From Arcobacteraceae bacterium (GTDB lineage Bacteria > Campylobacterota > Campylobacteria > Campylobacterales > Arcobacteraceae), in the NCBI GenBank assembly GCA_965224485.1, contig CBDCZH010000007.1, positions 1 to 64,000 of the forward strand: a DNA stretch of 64,000 nt, given 5' to 3'. How positions within the stretch are numbered: the first letter of the stretch is position 1; each line of letters opens with the position of its first letter. Below, piece after piece: positions 49,048 to 59,130 of this stretch. The notes under the pieces were generated by a model, which was not told the DNA's origin, searched no databases, and was given only the letters and a program-made list of their open reading frames with translations. A program made the position numbers and the translations under genes.

Positions 49048-52038
49048 CTTTTTTTTGCGTAAGTAAGCTAGCGTCGTTGCAATAATATCATCATCATCTC
49101 TACTTGGACTTTTTATATTCTCTTTGCTATCATCACTTTTTGTAAAACTTATATTCATTTCATAAGAGCTTATAGTTTTAATTTGTTTTTGCATAGCAAG
49201 TATTTTTATTAAAATAAGTTCTAAGAACTGTTTTGTTGGTAAGTCTGGTTTACCAAATCTATCTTCCATCTCTTCTTCTATTAAATACACAGCTTCTTTA
49301 TCACTAGCTTTTGATAATCGTCTGTATAATTCTAATCGAACCCTATCTTCTACTATATAATCACTTGAAATAAAAGCAGAAATTGCTAGTTTTATATCTA
49401 CACTTTTATTTTTTTCTTTTTGCTCTCCTGCTAATGAGGCTAAAGCATCTTCTAACATTTTAAGATATAAACCATATCCAATTTGTTTGATATGTCCACT
49501 TTGGGCTTCACCTATTATATTTCCCCCACCTCTGATTTCTAAATCTTGATGGGCTAGGGCTGTTCCACTTCCTAAATATGAGTTTGCTTCTAAGGCTAAT
49601 AACCTTTTAATCGCATCAGGTGTTATAGTTTTTTTATCTTCAACAATGTAATAACAAAAACCTTCTTTATTACTTCTTCCTACTCTTCCTCTTAATTGAT
49701 GTAAATCTGCTATTCCAAATCTATCTGCACCATCTATTATAATTGAGTTTGAATTTGGTAAGTGAAGACCTGATTCAACTATAGACGTTGCTAGTAAAAT
49801 ATCAAACTTATTTTCTTCAAAATCATTTAAAATTCTCTCAGCTTCAATAGGTTTAACTTTTGAGTGTATTATTTCTATTTTAATATTTGGAATGATTTCT
49901 TTTAAGTCTTGTTTTTTTGCATCTATTGAAGCTATATTATTATGAACATAAAAAAGCTGTCCACCTCTTCTTTTCTCTCTTAAAACAATCTCTTTTATTA
50001 ACTTATCATTGTATTCTTTAACATAAGTTCTCACACCTAATCGCTCACTTGGAGCTGTTAAAAGAGAACTCATTCCTTTTAATTTTGATAAGGCTAAATT
50101 TAGTGTTCTTGGAATTGGAGTTGCACTCATAGAAAAAATATGTACATCTTCTCGTAAGTTCTTTAACTTCTCTTTTTGTTTTACTCCAAACTTATGCTCT
50201 TCATCTATAATAACTAAAGCTAAGTTTTTAGTACTAATTCCTAAGAGTGAATGAGTTCCTATAACTATATCAATAGAACCTGTGTCTAAACCATTTTTGA
50301 TAATAGCTTTATCTTTACTTGATGTTTTACCATCTAGTTTGGCAACACTTATATTAAAAGGAGCAAATCTTTCTTTAATTCCAGCATAATGCTGTGAGGC
50401 TAAAAGAGAAGTAGGACAAATGAAAACAGCTTGATAACCATCTAAGGCAACGGCTAACATAGCATTCATGGCTACTTCTGTTTTACCAAAACCAACATCT
50501 CCACTTAAAAGTCTATCCATTACTTTTCCAGAACTAATATCGCAAAAAATCTCTTTAACCGACCTACTTTGATCTTTTGTATATTCAAAACCAGAACTAC
50601 TTTCAAAATTAAATAACTCTTTTTTTTCTGTATTTATTTTAATTCCAGCTATTAACTCCCTAGCAGCTGCTAGTTTTATAATATCATTAGCAATTGCAAA
50701 AAGTTTTTCTTTTACTTTTTCTTTAAGTTTTGCAAAACTTCCTTTTCCTAATTTATCTAACGAAGCATAAGAAGAACCATCAGCTACATACCTATCAATA
50801 GTATCAATATTCTCAACAGGAATTAAAAGCCTATCTTCTCCTGCATAAGTAAGTATTACAAAATCTCTTTTAGAACCCATTACAACAACAGGTTCAATTC
50901 CTTTATACTGTCCTATTCCATGTTTTTCATGTACTACAAAATCATTTTGTAATAATTCATCAAGTACAAGTTTAACTCTTTTTTTTCTTCTTTTTTTAAT
51001 CTCTTTATTAAGTGAGATTATTACTTCATTATTGCTTAGTACATTTAGGATATAAGGCTCTAAAACATAAGAAATATTTTTATTATTTAAATCTAAATCG
51101 TGAGCTTTTATCTTAGCTTCACTATTTGAAATAATAGTAATTTTTTTATCTTTATGGAAACTAAGGTATTCACTTATATTTGCAACATTTATTTCTTTAT
51201 ACTCTTTTGATGTATAAACCTGGGGTGTTAATAAAAACTTATCTTTATTTAATCTTTTTTCTTCAAAAACATAAGCTTCATCTAACTCGAAAAGAGATTC
51301 TTGTGTTATAAAAGATTTAAGTCTATTAGGTAAATATTCTCCTAAATCATTTAAATACCAAAAACCTAAAGAGTGGATATCTTTTATAAAAGCATCATTG
51401 TTTACTGTTTGAATTTGTTCATTTATCTCTTCTAGAGATTCTTCATCTAAGGCTAAAAAAGCTGGGGTTATTTTTATAGTTTCAAGCTCTTCTTTTAAAG
51501 ATTTTTGGTCTTCAATATCAAACTCTCTAATAGATTCAACCTCCTCATCAAATAAAGAGATTCTAAAGCCCTTTTGAGTGTCTAAAAGACAAATATCAAT
51601 AATATCTCCTCTTATAGATATTTCTCCCTCAGAGGTTACTATATCAACAAAATAATAACCCCAATTGTAGAGTTTTGCTTTAAGCTCTTTTATATTTAAA
51701 GTATCTGCAAAATTTATATCAAAACTATCAAAACATTTTTCTTTAGGCATTGCATAAGAAATAGTTCGTATAGGTGCTATTAAAATTTTATTTTGTTTTT
51801 TATATGAATAATACTCATTTAAAACTTTTGTAATATCTTGAAGCTCTTGAGAAAAAGATAATAAATCATCTCCATAATTAGCTCTAAAATCAGCCAAAAC
51901 AAAAGCTTCTAAACCTAAAAACTTAATAATATCAGAAGCAGTTTGAGCTTGTTTATCATCATTTACAATTAAAAGTTCACACTCTTTTAACTTCTTTTCA
52001 TTCTTTAAGTTTTTAAAAAATGAGTAAATATTATTCAC
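49045..52038 (-). CDS. mfd: Transcription-repair coupling factor
   Basis: GDVGFGKTE, DEEH, SATPIPRT, QLRGRVGR and DLEIRG motifs; TRCF C-terminus. Confidence 0.97.
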   Translation of the reverse strand: MNNIYSFFKNLKNEKKLKECELLIVNDDKQAQTASDIIKFLGLEAFVLADFRANYGDDLLSFSQELQDITKVLNEYYSYKKQNKILIAPIRTISYAMPKEKCFDSFDINFADTLNIKELKAKLYNWGYYFVDIVTSEGEISIRGDIIDICLLDTQKGFRISLFDEEVESIREFDIEDQKSLKEELETIKITPAFLALDEESLEEINEQIQTVNNDAFIKDIHSLGFWYLNDLGEYLPNRLKSFITQESLFELDEAYVFEEKRLNKDKFLLTPQVYTSKEYKEINVANISEYLSFHKDKKITIISNSEAKIKAHDLDLNNKNISYVLEPYILNVLSNNEVIISLNKEIKKRRKKRVKLVLDELLQNDFVVHEKHGIGQYKGIEPVVVMGSKRDFVILTYAGEDRLLIPVENIDTIDRYVADGSSYASLDKLGKGSFAKLKEKVKEKLFAIANDIIKLAAARELIAGIKINTEKKELFNFESSSGFEYTKDQSRSVKEIFCDISSGKVMDRLLSGDVGFGKTEVAMNAMLAVALDGYQAVFICPTSLLASQHYAGIKERFAPFNISVAKLDGKTSSKDKAIIKNGLDTGSIDIVIGTHSLLGISTKNLALVIIDEEHKFGVKQKEKLKNLREDVHIFSMSATPIPRTLNLALSKLKGMSSLLTAPSERLGVRTYVKEYNDKLIKEIVLREKRRGGQLFYVHNNIASIDAKKQDLKEIIPNIKIEIIHSKVKPIEAERILNDFEENKFDILLATSIVESGLHLPNSNSIIIDGADRFGIADLHQLRGRVGRSNKEGFCYYIVEDKKTITPDAIKRLLALEANSYLGSGTALAHQDLEIRGGGNIIGEAQSGHIKQIGYGLYLKMLEDALASLAGEQKEKNKSVDIKLAISAFISSDYIVEDRVRLELYRRLSKASDKEAVYLIEEEMEDRFGKPDLPTKQFLELILIKILAMQKQIKTISSYEMNISFTKSDDSKENIKSPSRDDDDIIATTLAYLRKKK

Positions 52039-52349
52039 TATTTTTCTTCTTTTATAAATTCAAAATCTCTTGTATCTTTATCATAATAATAAGCAGGATA
52101 AGCTGTTTCATTTAATAAGAACACCATAGAGGCTTCTTCAAAAGTAATTTTCTGTAAAGCTTTTCTAAAAACTTCCAAAATATATGCTTTTGTTGAGAAG
52201 GTACTTGTACTACTTTTTGCAGTATAAACAAAATTCTCATTTTCTTCTATTATAAAACCTTCTTTTTTAATATGTTTTTCAAAAATTTCTTGGTTTTGTA
52301 AACTTGTAATATCTAAAATAACTAAAACTTCCAATTCTTGGGTTTCCAC
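52038..52349 (-). CDS. Hypothetical protein
   Basis: 103 aa ORF tightly packed within the operon. Confidence 0.65.
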   Translation of the reverse strand: METQELEVLVILDITSLQNQEIFEKHIKKEGFIIEENENFVYTAKSSTSTFSTKAYILEVFRKALQKITFEEASMVFLLNETAYPAYYYDKDTRDFEFIKEEK

Positions 52350-53063
52350 TTATACTCCTAAGGCTAAAGAAGAAAGTAAACCAATAAGTCCACCAAAAAT
52401 CCCACCCCAAACAACTAACCATCCAAGATGTTCTTTTATCATCTTAACTATTATTTGTTTTACCATTTTAGGTGTTAATTCATCTAATCTTTTATTTACT
52501 ATATTTGATACTTTTTCATAAATATCATCACTTATATCACTTGAACCCAAAGATTCGTGTAAGGCATTTACAAAAGACTCATTTTTAGAAATCTCAATAA
52601 TAGAACTTTTAAGTTTTATTATAAAAGGTTCTTTTAAAGGATCTAAAGCAGCTTCCCCTCCAAACATTCCTAGCATTGAACCAAAAGATGATTCAACTAC
52701 TACTTGTTTTAATGAGTCAAAAGCAGGTTCGAAGTTTGTATTTACTAAAACTTTTTCTAAATCAAAAGAAGATTTTTTATCTTCTATTTCATCTTGAAAA
52801 AAAGCTCTTAAATTATCTTTTGTAAAAAACTCATTCATAATCAAAGAATAAATAGCAGTTTTAAACTCTTTAAATCTATGTTCTATTACTCCTGAACCAT
52901 ATAAAAAAGGTACTTTTTCAAATAACATATGAATAGCTAGGGTATTTGTAATAGCTCCACTTAAGGCAAATAACCCTGTACTTAAAATTATATTGTTTTG
53001 TAAAAAATACCCAAGAGCTATTATTAAAACTGTTAGTATATTAGTAAAAAGCGATTTATTCAT
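52350..53063 (-). CDS. DUF445 family membrane protein
   Basis: GAITNTLAIHMLF and WLVVWGGIFGGLIG motifs. Confidence 0.85.
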   Translation of the reverse strand: MNKSLFTNILTVLIIALGYFLQNNIILSTGLFALSGAITNTLAIHMLFEKVPFLYGSGVIEHRFKEFKTAIYSLIMNEFFTKDNLRAFFQDEIEDKKSSFDLEKVLVNTNFEPAFDSLKQVVVESSFGSMLGMFGGEAALDPLKEPFIIKLKSSIIEISKNESFVNALHESLGSSDISDDIYEKVSNIVNKRLDELTPKMVKQIIVKMIKEHLGWLVVWGGIFGGLIGLLSSLALGV

Positions 53064-53136
53064 TCCTATCCTTTATTAAACGCGATTTTATCCAAAAAAA
53101 ACAAAAAATCTAATTTGTTTAAAATCAATAAATCAT

Positions 53137-53170
53137 TTGTAACTTAGCTGTAATTATATTTTATTAGTAT
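53137..53170 (+). promoter_or_regulatory. Pho-box-like direct repeat plus -10
   Basis: TTGTAAC-TTAG-CTGTAAT (11-bp period) exactly 10 nt upstream of TAGTAT. Confidence 0.45.
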
Positions 53171-53197
53171 TTACACATTAATTTATAAGGATTATTT

Positions 53198-54907
53198 ATG
53201 ATCAACATAGAAAAAGAGATTAGAAAAAAATTCCCAAATATTAAAAAGAAGAATAACTTTTTAAATAAAAACATTATAAAACTTGCAAAAAAAATAGTTC
53301 ACGAAGATTCTATAAATGATTTTTTAGAAATAAATTCACATTTAAATGGTTTTGAATTCGTTGATGCTGTTTTAGATTATTTTAACTTTGATTATACAGT
53401 TTCCTCAAATGATATACAAAATATTCCAAGTTCAGGGAAGGTTGTAATTATTGCTAACCATCCTTTAGGAGGATTAGATGCTTTATGCTTGTTAAAACTA
53501 ATTAAAACAGTTAGAGCTGATGTTAAAATAATTGCAAATGATTTTTTAAATGATATTACTGCTCTTGATTCTATTCTTTTACCCATAAATAATTTTAAAG
53601 CAAAACAAAATAAATCAAACATAAAAAGAATTTATGAATCTTTAGCTAAAGAAGAAGCTCTTATTATCTTTCCAGCTGGTGAAGTTAGTAGGATAAGTGC
53701 AAAAGGAGTTAAGGATTCTACTTGGAGTAAGGGTTTTTTGAATTTTGCTAAGCATAATAATGCTCCTATTTTACCTATTTTTATTGATGCTAAAAACTCA
53801 AAAGTTTTTTATACTCTATCTATTCTAAATAAAACGTTTTCATCTTTATTGCTCTCAAATGAAATGTTTAAAAAACAATCTAAAAATATAAATATTAAAA
53901 TAGGAAAAATAATAGCAAATGAAAATATTATTCCAAAAGGATTAGATAAAGAATATCTAGTTAATTTATACAAAAAGCACTTATATTCTTTAAAAAAAGG
54001 TACTAAATCATATTTTATAAATCAAAACTCAATTGCACATCCTGAAAAAAAAGAAGAACTAATAAAAGAGCTTAAAGAGGCAGAAGAAATAGGAGAAACA
54101 AATGATGGAAAAAAAATCTATTTATACTCTTATAAAAAAGATTCAGTTATTTTAAAAGAATTAGGAAGATTAAGAGAAATATCTTTTAGAAAAGTAGGAG
54201 AAGGTTCTAATAAAAAAAGAGATACAGATAAGTATGATATATATTATGAGCATATAATTTTATGGGATAAGGAAGATTTAGAAATTGTGGGTTCTTATAG
54301 AATAGGAAATGGCAAATATATAAATGAAAATTTTGGAGTAAGTGGTTTTTATTCAAATACTTTGTTTACTTTTAATAATGAAATAGTTCCTTATTTAAAT
54401 GATTCAATTGAACTAGGTAGAAGTTTTATTCAACCAAAGTATTGGGGTACACGAGCTTTAGATTATTTATGGTATGGAATTGGAGCTTATTTAAAAACAA
54501 GACCAAATATTAAATATATGTTTGGAGCTCTTACCTTATCTAATAGTTTTTCTAATATTTCGAAAGACATGCTAATATATTATTATTCTCATTATTTTAC
54601 TGATTCTATGAACTTTGTATCTCCTAAGCTTCCTTATACTTATGCAAGTAATATTTCATTTTTAAAAGATTTATATATATTAAATGATAGAAAAAAAGAT
54701 TTCAGAACATTAAAATCTACTTTAAATAACCTAGGACTAAGTATTCCTACTTTATATAAACAATATACTAACTTATGCCAAGATAAAGGAATTAACTTTT
54801 ATGGGTTTAATATAGATGAGAGTTTTTCAAACTGTATTGATGGTTTTATATTTGTTGAAGTTGCAAAAATAAAAGAAGAGCAAAGAAAAAGATATATAAA
54901 GAATTAA
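53198..54907 (+). CDS. Bifunctional PlsC acyltransferase/GNAT N-acyltransferase (OlsF-like aminolipid synthase)
   Basis: NHPLGGLD and FPAGEVS PlsC motifs; GRLREISFR..GEG, ELGRSF and IPTLYKQY GNAT-type motifs. Confidence 0.82.
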   Translation: MINIEKEIRKKFPNIKKKNNFLNKNIIKLAKKIVHEDSINDFLEINSHLNGFEFVDAVLDYFNFDYTVSSNDIQNIPSSGKVVIIANHPLGGLDALCLLKLIKTVRADVKIIANDFLNDITALDSILLPINNFKAKQNKSNIKRIYESLAKEEALIIFPAGEVSRISAKGVKDSTWSKGFLNFAKHNNAPILPIFIDAKNSKVFYTLSILNKTFSSLLLSNEMFKKQSKNINIKIGKIIANENIIPKGLDKEYLVNLYKKHLYSLKKGTKSYFINQNSIAHPEKKEELIKELKEAEEIGETNDGKKIYLYSYKKDSVILKELGRLREISFRKVGEGSNKKRDTDKYDIYYEHIILWDKEDLEIVGSYRIGNGKYINENFGVSGFYSNTLFTFNNEIVPYLNDSIELGRSFIQPKYWGTRALDYLWYGIGAYLKTRPNIKYMFGALTLSNSFSNISKDMLIYYYSHYFTDSMNFVSPKLPYTYASNISFLKDLYILNDRKKDFRTLKSTLNNLGLSIPTLYKQYTNLCQDKGINFYGFNIDESFSNCIDGFIFVEVAKIKEEQRKRYIKN

Positions 54908-54910
54908 TCT

Positions 54911-56527
54911 TTATATATCTAATTTACAAAAATTTGTTTCTTGTACTAAAGCTTTTGCCATAACTTCATCTTCTACAATTATATGCTCTAAATGTAAAGA
55001 TTGTAAGTCTAGTTTTTCACTTAATCTTGTAACTTTTACAACTGTTTTTGTATTATGAGTTAAATCATCAATAACTTCACAAATAAGATGTAGTTTTTCA
55101 GCATTATCAATTGCAACAATAACAGCACAAGAGTTTTTAATATTAACAGATTCTAATATATGCTTATGACTAGCATTTCCAAAAATTATAGGCTCACCTT
55201 TTTTAATTCCAAGCTCATAAAACTTTAAATTATGCTCAATTATAAAATATTCTTGACCATTTTGCTTTAAATTCTTTGCAATTTCTTGACCCAAGTGACC
55301 ATATCCTAAGAGTACGATATGACCTTTAGTATCTTTTGGTATAAGTTTTGAAGCACTTACATCCATAATATCTTCTGGTATTAACTTTCCTGCAAGAGAA
55401 GATAGATTTTTTAAAGCAATAGGTGTTAGTATCATAGAAATTACAATTGTAACTATTAATATTTGAGAATAAGAAGAGTTTATTAAAGAGTTACTTCTAG
55501 CAAGTTCTAAAATTGCAAGTGAAAATTCACCAATTTGCACTAAAGAAACAGCAGTTTTAAAAGCTACTCTTTTTGTATCATCAATTCTTACTATAAAATA
55601 AATAATAATATATTTTATAGCTAGTAAAATAGGTAGAAGTGCTAAAATTGTAAATATATGATCTTTTATTAAATAAAAATCAATTTGCATTCCAACAGTT
55701 ATAAAAAATAGCCCCAATAATAAATTTCTAAAAGGTGTTAAATCTGCCTCAACTTGATGCTTAAATTTTGTTTCAGAAATCATCATTCCTGCTACAAAAG
55801 CACCTAAAGAATATGTAAAACCAAAATAGTGAGCTAAAAAAGAAGAGCCTATTGCTATTAGTAAAACAGAAGCTACAAAAAGTTCATCTGATTTTGATCT
55901 TGTAACATGTTCAAAAAATGGCTCCAAAAGATACTTCCCTGAAAAATATAATAAAACCAATAAAACAATAGCTGCCCCTGTAGTTTCAGCTATCATAAAT
56001 AAAACAGAATTTTCATCGCCCATAGTAAAGAATGAAATCATTAACAAAATAGGAATAACTGCTATATCTTGCATAATAAGAATTCCTAAAACTCGCTGAC
56101 CATGTCTTTTTTTAATCTCATTATTCTCATTATATGTTTTTAAAACAATTGCTGTTGAAGATAAAGATAAAGCAGCACCTATAATCAATGATAATTGAAA
56201 ATCAAAATTTAAAACATATCTACAAATTAGAAATACAAAAACTGTTGTTACAATTATTTGCAAAGAACCTGTAAAAAATACTTCTTTTTTCATCTTTTTT
56301 AAGTGCTCTATTGAAAACTCTAAACCAATAGTAAACATCAAAAAAACAACTCCAAATTCTGCTATTTCTTTTAAATCATGGTTATTAACAGCAGAGTGCA
56401 AATCAAAAGTATAAGCAATAATAGTTCCAGTTACGATATACCCTATAATAGTAGGTAAGTGAAACTTTCTTAAAATCAAATTTACAATAATTGCAATAAA
56501 TAGTGTCGAAACAATAATTCCTAACAT
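54911..56527 (-). CDS. CPA2/Kef-type cation:proton antiporter with RCK domain
   Basis: AEFGVVFLMFTIGLE, SSTAIV, QD, GEFS and C-terminal GYGHLG motifs. Confidence 0.9.
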   Translation of the reverse strand: MLGIIVSTLFIAIIVNLILRKFHLPTIIGYIVTGTIIAYTFDLHSAVNNHDLKEIAEFGVVFLMFTIGLEFSIEHLKKMKKEVFFTGSLQIIVTTVFVFLICRYVLNFDFQLSLIIGAALSLSSTAIVLKTYNENNEIKKRHGQRVLGILIMQDIAVIPILLMISFFTMGDENSVLFMIAETTGAAIVLLVLLYFSGKYLLEPFFEHVTRSKSDELFVASVLLIAIGSSFLAHYFGFTYSLGAFVAGMMISETKFKHQVEADLTPFRNLLLGLFFITVGMQIDFYLIKDHIFTILALLPILLAIKYIIIYFIVRIDDTKRVAFKTAVSLVQIGEFSLAILELARSNSLINSSYSQILIVTIVISMILTPIALKNLSSLAGKLIPEDIMDVSASKLIPKDTKGHIVLLGYGHLGQEIAKNLKQNGQEYFIIEHNLKFYELGIKKGEPIIFGNASHKHILESVNIKNSCAVIVAIDNAEKLHLICEVIDDLTHNTKTVVKVTRLSEKLDLQSLHLEHIIVEDEVMAKALVQETNFCKLDI

Positions 56528-56558
56528 TCTTGGCCTTTTTTATATTTTATGAATTCTT

Positions 56559-58709
56559 TTATCTTGCACTATAGTGCATTTCTTTATAACCTTCTAGTCT
56601 TTTTTTGTAACTAGAGTATAACATAGGGTTTTTTGAATCTAATAAATCTATAGCTAAACATTTTTGACCATTTCTACCAATTCTACCAAGGTACTGAACT
56701 AAACGTCCATAATAAGAAATTGGGCTTGCAAAAATTATAGTATTTAGATGAGGAAAATCTATACCTTCGCCAAAAAAAGAGCTAGTAGCTAAAACTAAAG
56801 AGCTATCTTTTACCTTAGCCATATTTATTTTTTGATCTTTTTTACTTAAACTTCCGTGTATACTTAAAAATTCTATTTCTTCTTCATTTAACAAAAATTC
56901 TAAGTTAGTAATATGCTCAATTCTATCTGTTAAAACTAATATTTTTCTACTTTTATACTCTTTTATCTCTTTTATTATTAATTTGTTTCTCGTTTCATCT
57001 TTACTTAATTCATTTACGAGTGCAGCATAAGTATTTTCTTGTGAAGTAAAAGTTGTATTAAGAAGTTTTAATTTATGAGTAAGTGTTCTTTTTTTCTTAT
57101 ATTCATATGATATATGCCCTAGTTGCTGATATAAAATCTCTTCTAAACCATCTTTTCTCTTAGGAGTTGCACTTAAACCTAAGATATATTTCCCTCCAAA
57201 AGATTTAATAATTTGCTCAAAACTTAGAGCTGGAATATGATGACACTCATCAACTATTACAAAAGAATAGTTTTTTATAATGTCCATATTATTTTTTAAA
57301 CTCTGCATAGTAGCAATATCTAGTTTACCATTTAAGGTATTTTTGCTCTTGCCTAAAAATCCAATATCTTTTTTATCTAGTTCAAAATAGTTCTTAAATC
57401 TATCAATCCATTGGTCTAAGAGCATATTTTTATTTACAAGAACTAAAGATGAACAAGCTCTTAATTCAATCATTTTTGAAGCTATTAGAGTTTTTCCATA
57501 ACCAGGAGGAGCAACACAAATTGAGAAATTACTTTTGCTTATTTCTTTAATAGCATCATTTTGTTCATCTTTTAAAGTATATACAATAGAAGGAAACTTC
57601 TCTTTTTTAAAATATTGTTTACTTTTTATTGAATATGAAACATAATTTTTTAAAAATAAATCTTCTAACTTATATAACAAACCTCTTGGAAGTTTTAAAT
57701 AGTTTTCATCTTCTTCATAAGATTTAATATATTTAGGTATATTAAAAATTGGTTTTCTTAAAGCTTGAAGGGTTTTTATTTGAGGATTAGCAAAAGTTGC
57801 TAAATCTTTTAAAGCATTTAATAAAGATTTTGATAAATCTTTTGTACTTATGTATAAAGTATCATATAAAATAATAGATATTTTAAAATCTGGAAAAATA
57901 ATTTGTTTTAAAATCTTTTCATTAAAAATCTCTTCATTTAAAATACTGTCATTAAAACTTTTCTCATCGTTTTGATTTTTTAGTATCTCTTTTATTCTCT
58001 TTACAGGAATTTTTTCTATATTACTTAAATATGTCCATTGATTAGAGATAGCTTTTAACTCAGCCGTAAGAAAAACTGTTTTATTCTCTTTTCTAAAATT
58101 TAGATGTAAAGGAAGTTCAATATAAGCACCTAAATTTGAAGCATTTACAAAATCTTGATTAGGATATATTTTTGCTGATATATTAGCTTCTTTTATAAGT
58201 TTAAGCCCTAAAGCTTTTGAATTTCTAGCTAAAATTTCTTCTTCATAAAAAAACCATAAAAATAGATCATCTTTTGAATTTTTTTCAAAATATCCATCTA
58301 AAGAATAAGAAGAAAATACTTTTTTAATGGTATTTATATCTTTTTTTAATATTTGTAAGACTAAAAATTTTGATTTATTCTCTTTTGAGATTGAAAATGT
58401 AGCTAATTGAGATAAACCTCTTAAATGCTCTTCTATATATGAGTTTGAAATAGGAATATAATCTGCTTGTTTAAAAGTATGAGAAACACAAGAAAAACCT
58501 TCTTTTTGCCCATTTGAACTTGTCCATTTTTTTAAAAAGATATCATCACGCGCAATAAATAAACTTTTGAATAAGTTTATTTTTTCCTCTTTTGTGAAAC
58601 TCTTGTTTTCAACTAGTAAATTTTGTAATGAAAATATTTCATCATCTATTAGTTTCTTTTCTAAGAAGAGACTAGAGAGTCTCTTCTTTATTTCTACTTG
58701 GTTTTTCAT
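56559..58709 (-). CDS. SF2 helicase with N-terminal degenerate AEP primase-like (TOTE-associated type) domain
   Basis: EKINLFKSLF..RDD N-terminus, PNQD and IELPL motifs; APPGYGKT, DECHH, SATP and QYLGRI helicase motifs. Confidence 0.8.
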   Translation of the reverse strand: MKNQVEIKKRLSSLFLEKKLIDDEIFSLQNLLVENKSFTKEEKINLFKSLFIARDDIFLKKWTSSNGQKEGFSCVSHTFKQADYIPISNSYIEEHLRGLSQLATFSISKENKSKFLVLQILKKDINTIKKVFSSYSLDGYFEKNSKDDLFLWFFYEEEILARNSKALGLKLIKEANISAKIYPNQDFVNASNLGAYIELPLHLNFRKENKTVFLTAELKAISNQWTYLSNIEKIPVKRIKEILKNQNDEKSFNDSILNEEIFNEKILKQIIFPDFKISIILYDTLYISTKDLSKSLLNALKDLATFANPQIKTLQALRKPIFNIPKYIKSYEEDENYLKLPRGLLYKLEDLFLKNYVSYSIKSKQYFKKEKFPSIVYTLKDEQNDAIKEISKSNFSICVAPPGYGKTLIASKMIELRACSSLVLVNKNMLLDQWIDRFKNYFELDKKDIGFLGKSKNTLNGKLDIATMQSLKNNMDIIKNYSFVIVDECHHIPALSFEQIIKSFGGKYILGLSATPKRKDGLEEILYQQLGHISYEYKKKRTLTHKLKLLNTTFTSQENTYAALVNELSKDETRNKLIIKEIKEYKSRKILVLTDRIEHITNLEFLLNEEEIEFLSIHGSLSKKDQKINMAKVKDSSLVLATSSFFGEGIDFPHLNTIIFASPISYYGRLVQYLGRIGRNGQKCLAIDLLDSKNPMLYSSYKKRLEGYKEMHYSAR

Positions 58710-59130
58710 GTATTATTTGTTGATTCATAACAATATTGCCGATTTTATTCTCAATTTCATCATATCTACTTTTCATTTGAGAATCTTTTCGTACTCCTCT
58801 TCCTTCAAACTTACCATCTTCTTCAATAGTTAAATCATTGTAAGAAATATCACCAATAACTCTTCCTGTTGATAAGATTTGAATTACATTACAGTCAATT
58901 TTTCCATCAAAAATACCACTTACAACTAAATGATTTGTTTTAACATCACCAACAACTTCACCTGTTTTTCCAATAGAAATCTCATCTGCTTCTAAAATAA
59001 CACCTTCAAATTTACCATCAATTATAACAGTTCCTTCTGTAGAAATACCACCAATAATAGTTGTACCTTTTGCTATAATTGTTGCTCCAGCCTGTGTTGT
59101 TCTTTGATTAGCTTTACTAAAGACTCCCAC
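58672..59130 (-). CDS. Bactofilin (CcmA-like cytoskeletal protein)
   Basis: TIIAKGT...IDGKFEG...IGKTGEVVG beta-helix repeats. Confidence 0.92.
   Translation of the reverse strand: MGVFSKANQRTTQAGATIIAKGTTIIGGISTEGTVIIDGKFEGVILEADEISIGKTGEVVGDVKTNHLVVSGIFDGKIDCNVIQILSTGRVIGDISYNDLTIEEDGKFEGRGVRKDSQMKSRYDEIENKIGNIVMNQQIIHEKPSRNKEETL

Noticed and set aside
59073..59130. 58-nt overlap of the M23 peptidase and bactofilin genes
   Set aside because: Tight linkage of csd1-like and ccmA-like genes is a known cell-shape locus arrangement in Campylobacterota
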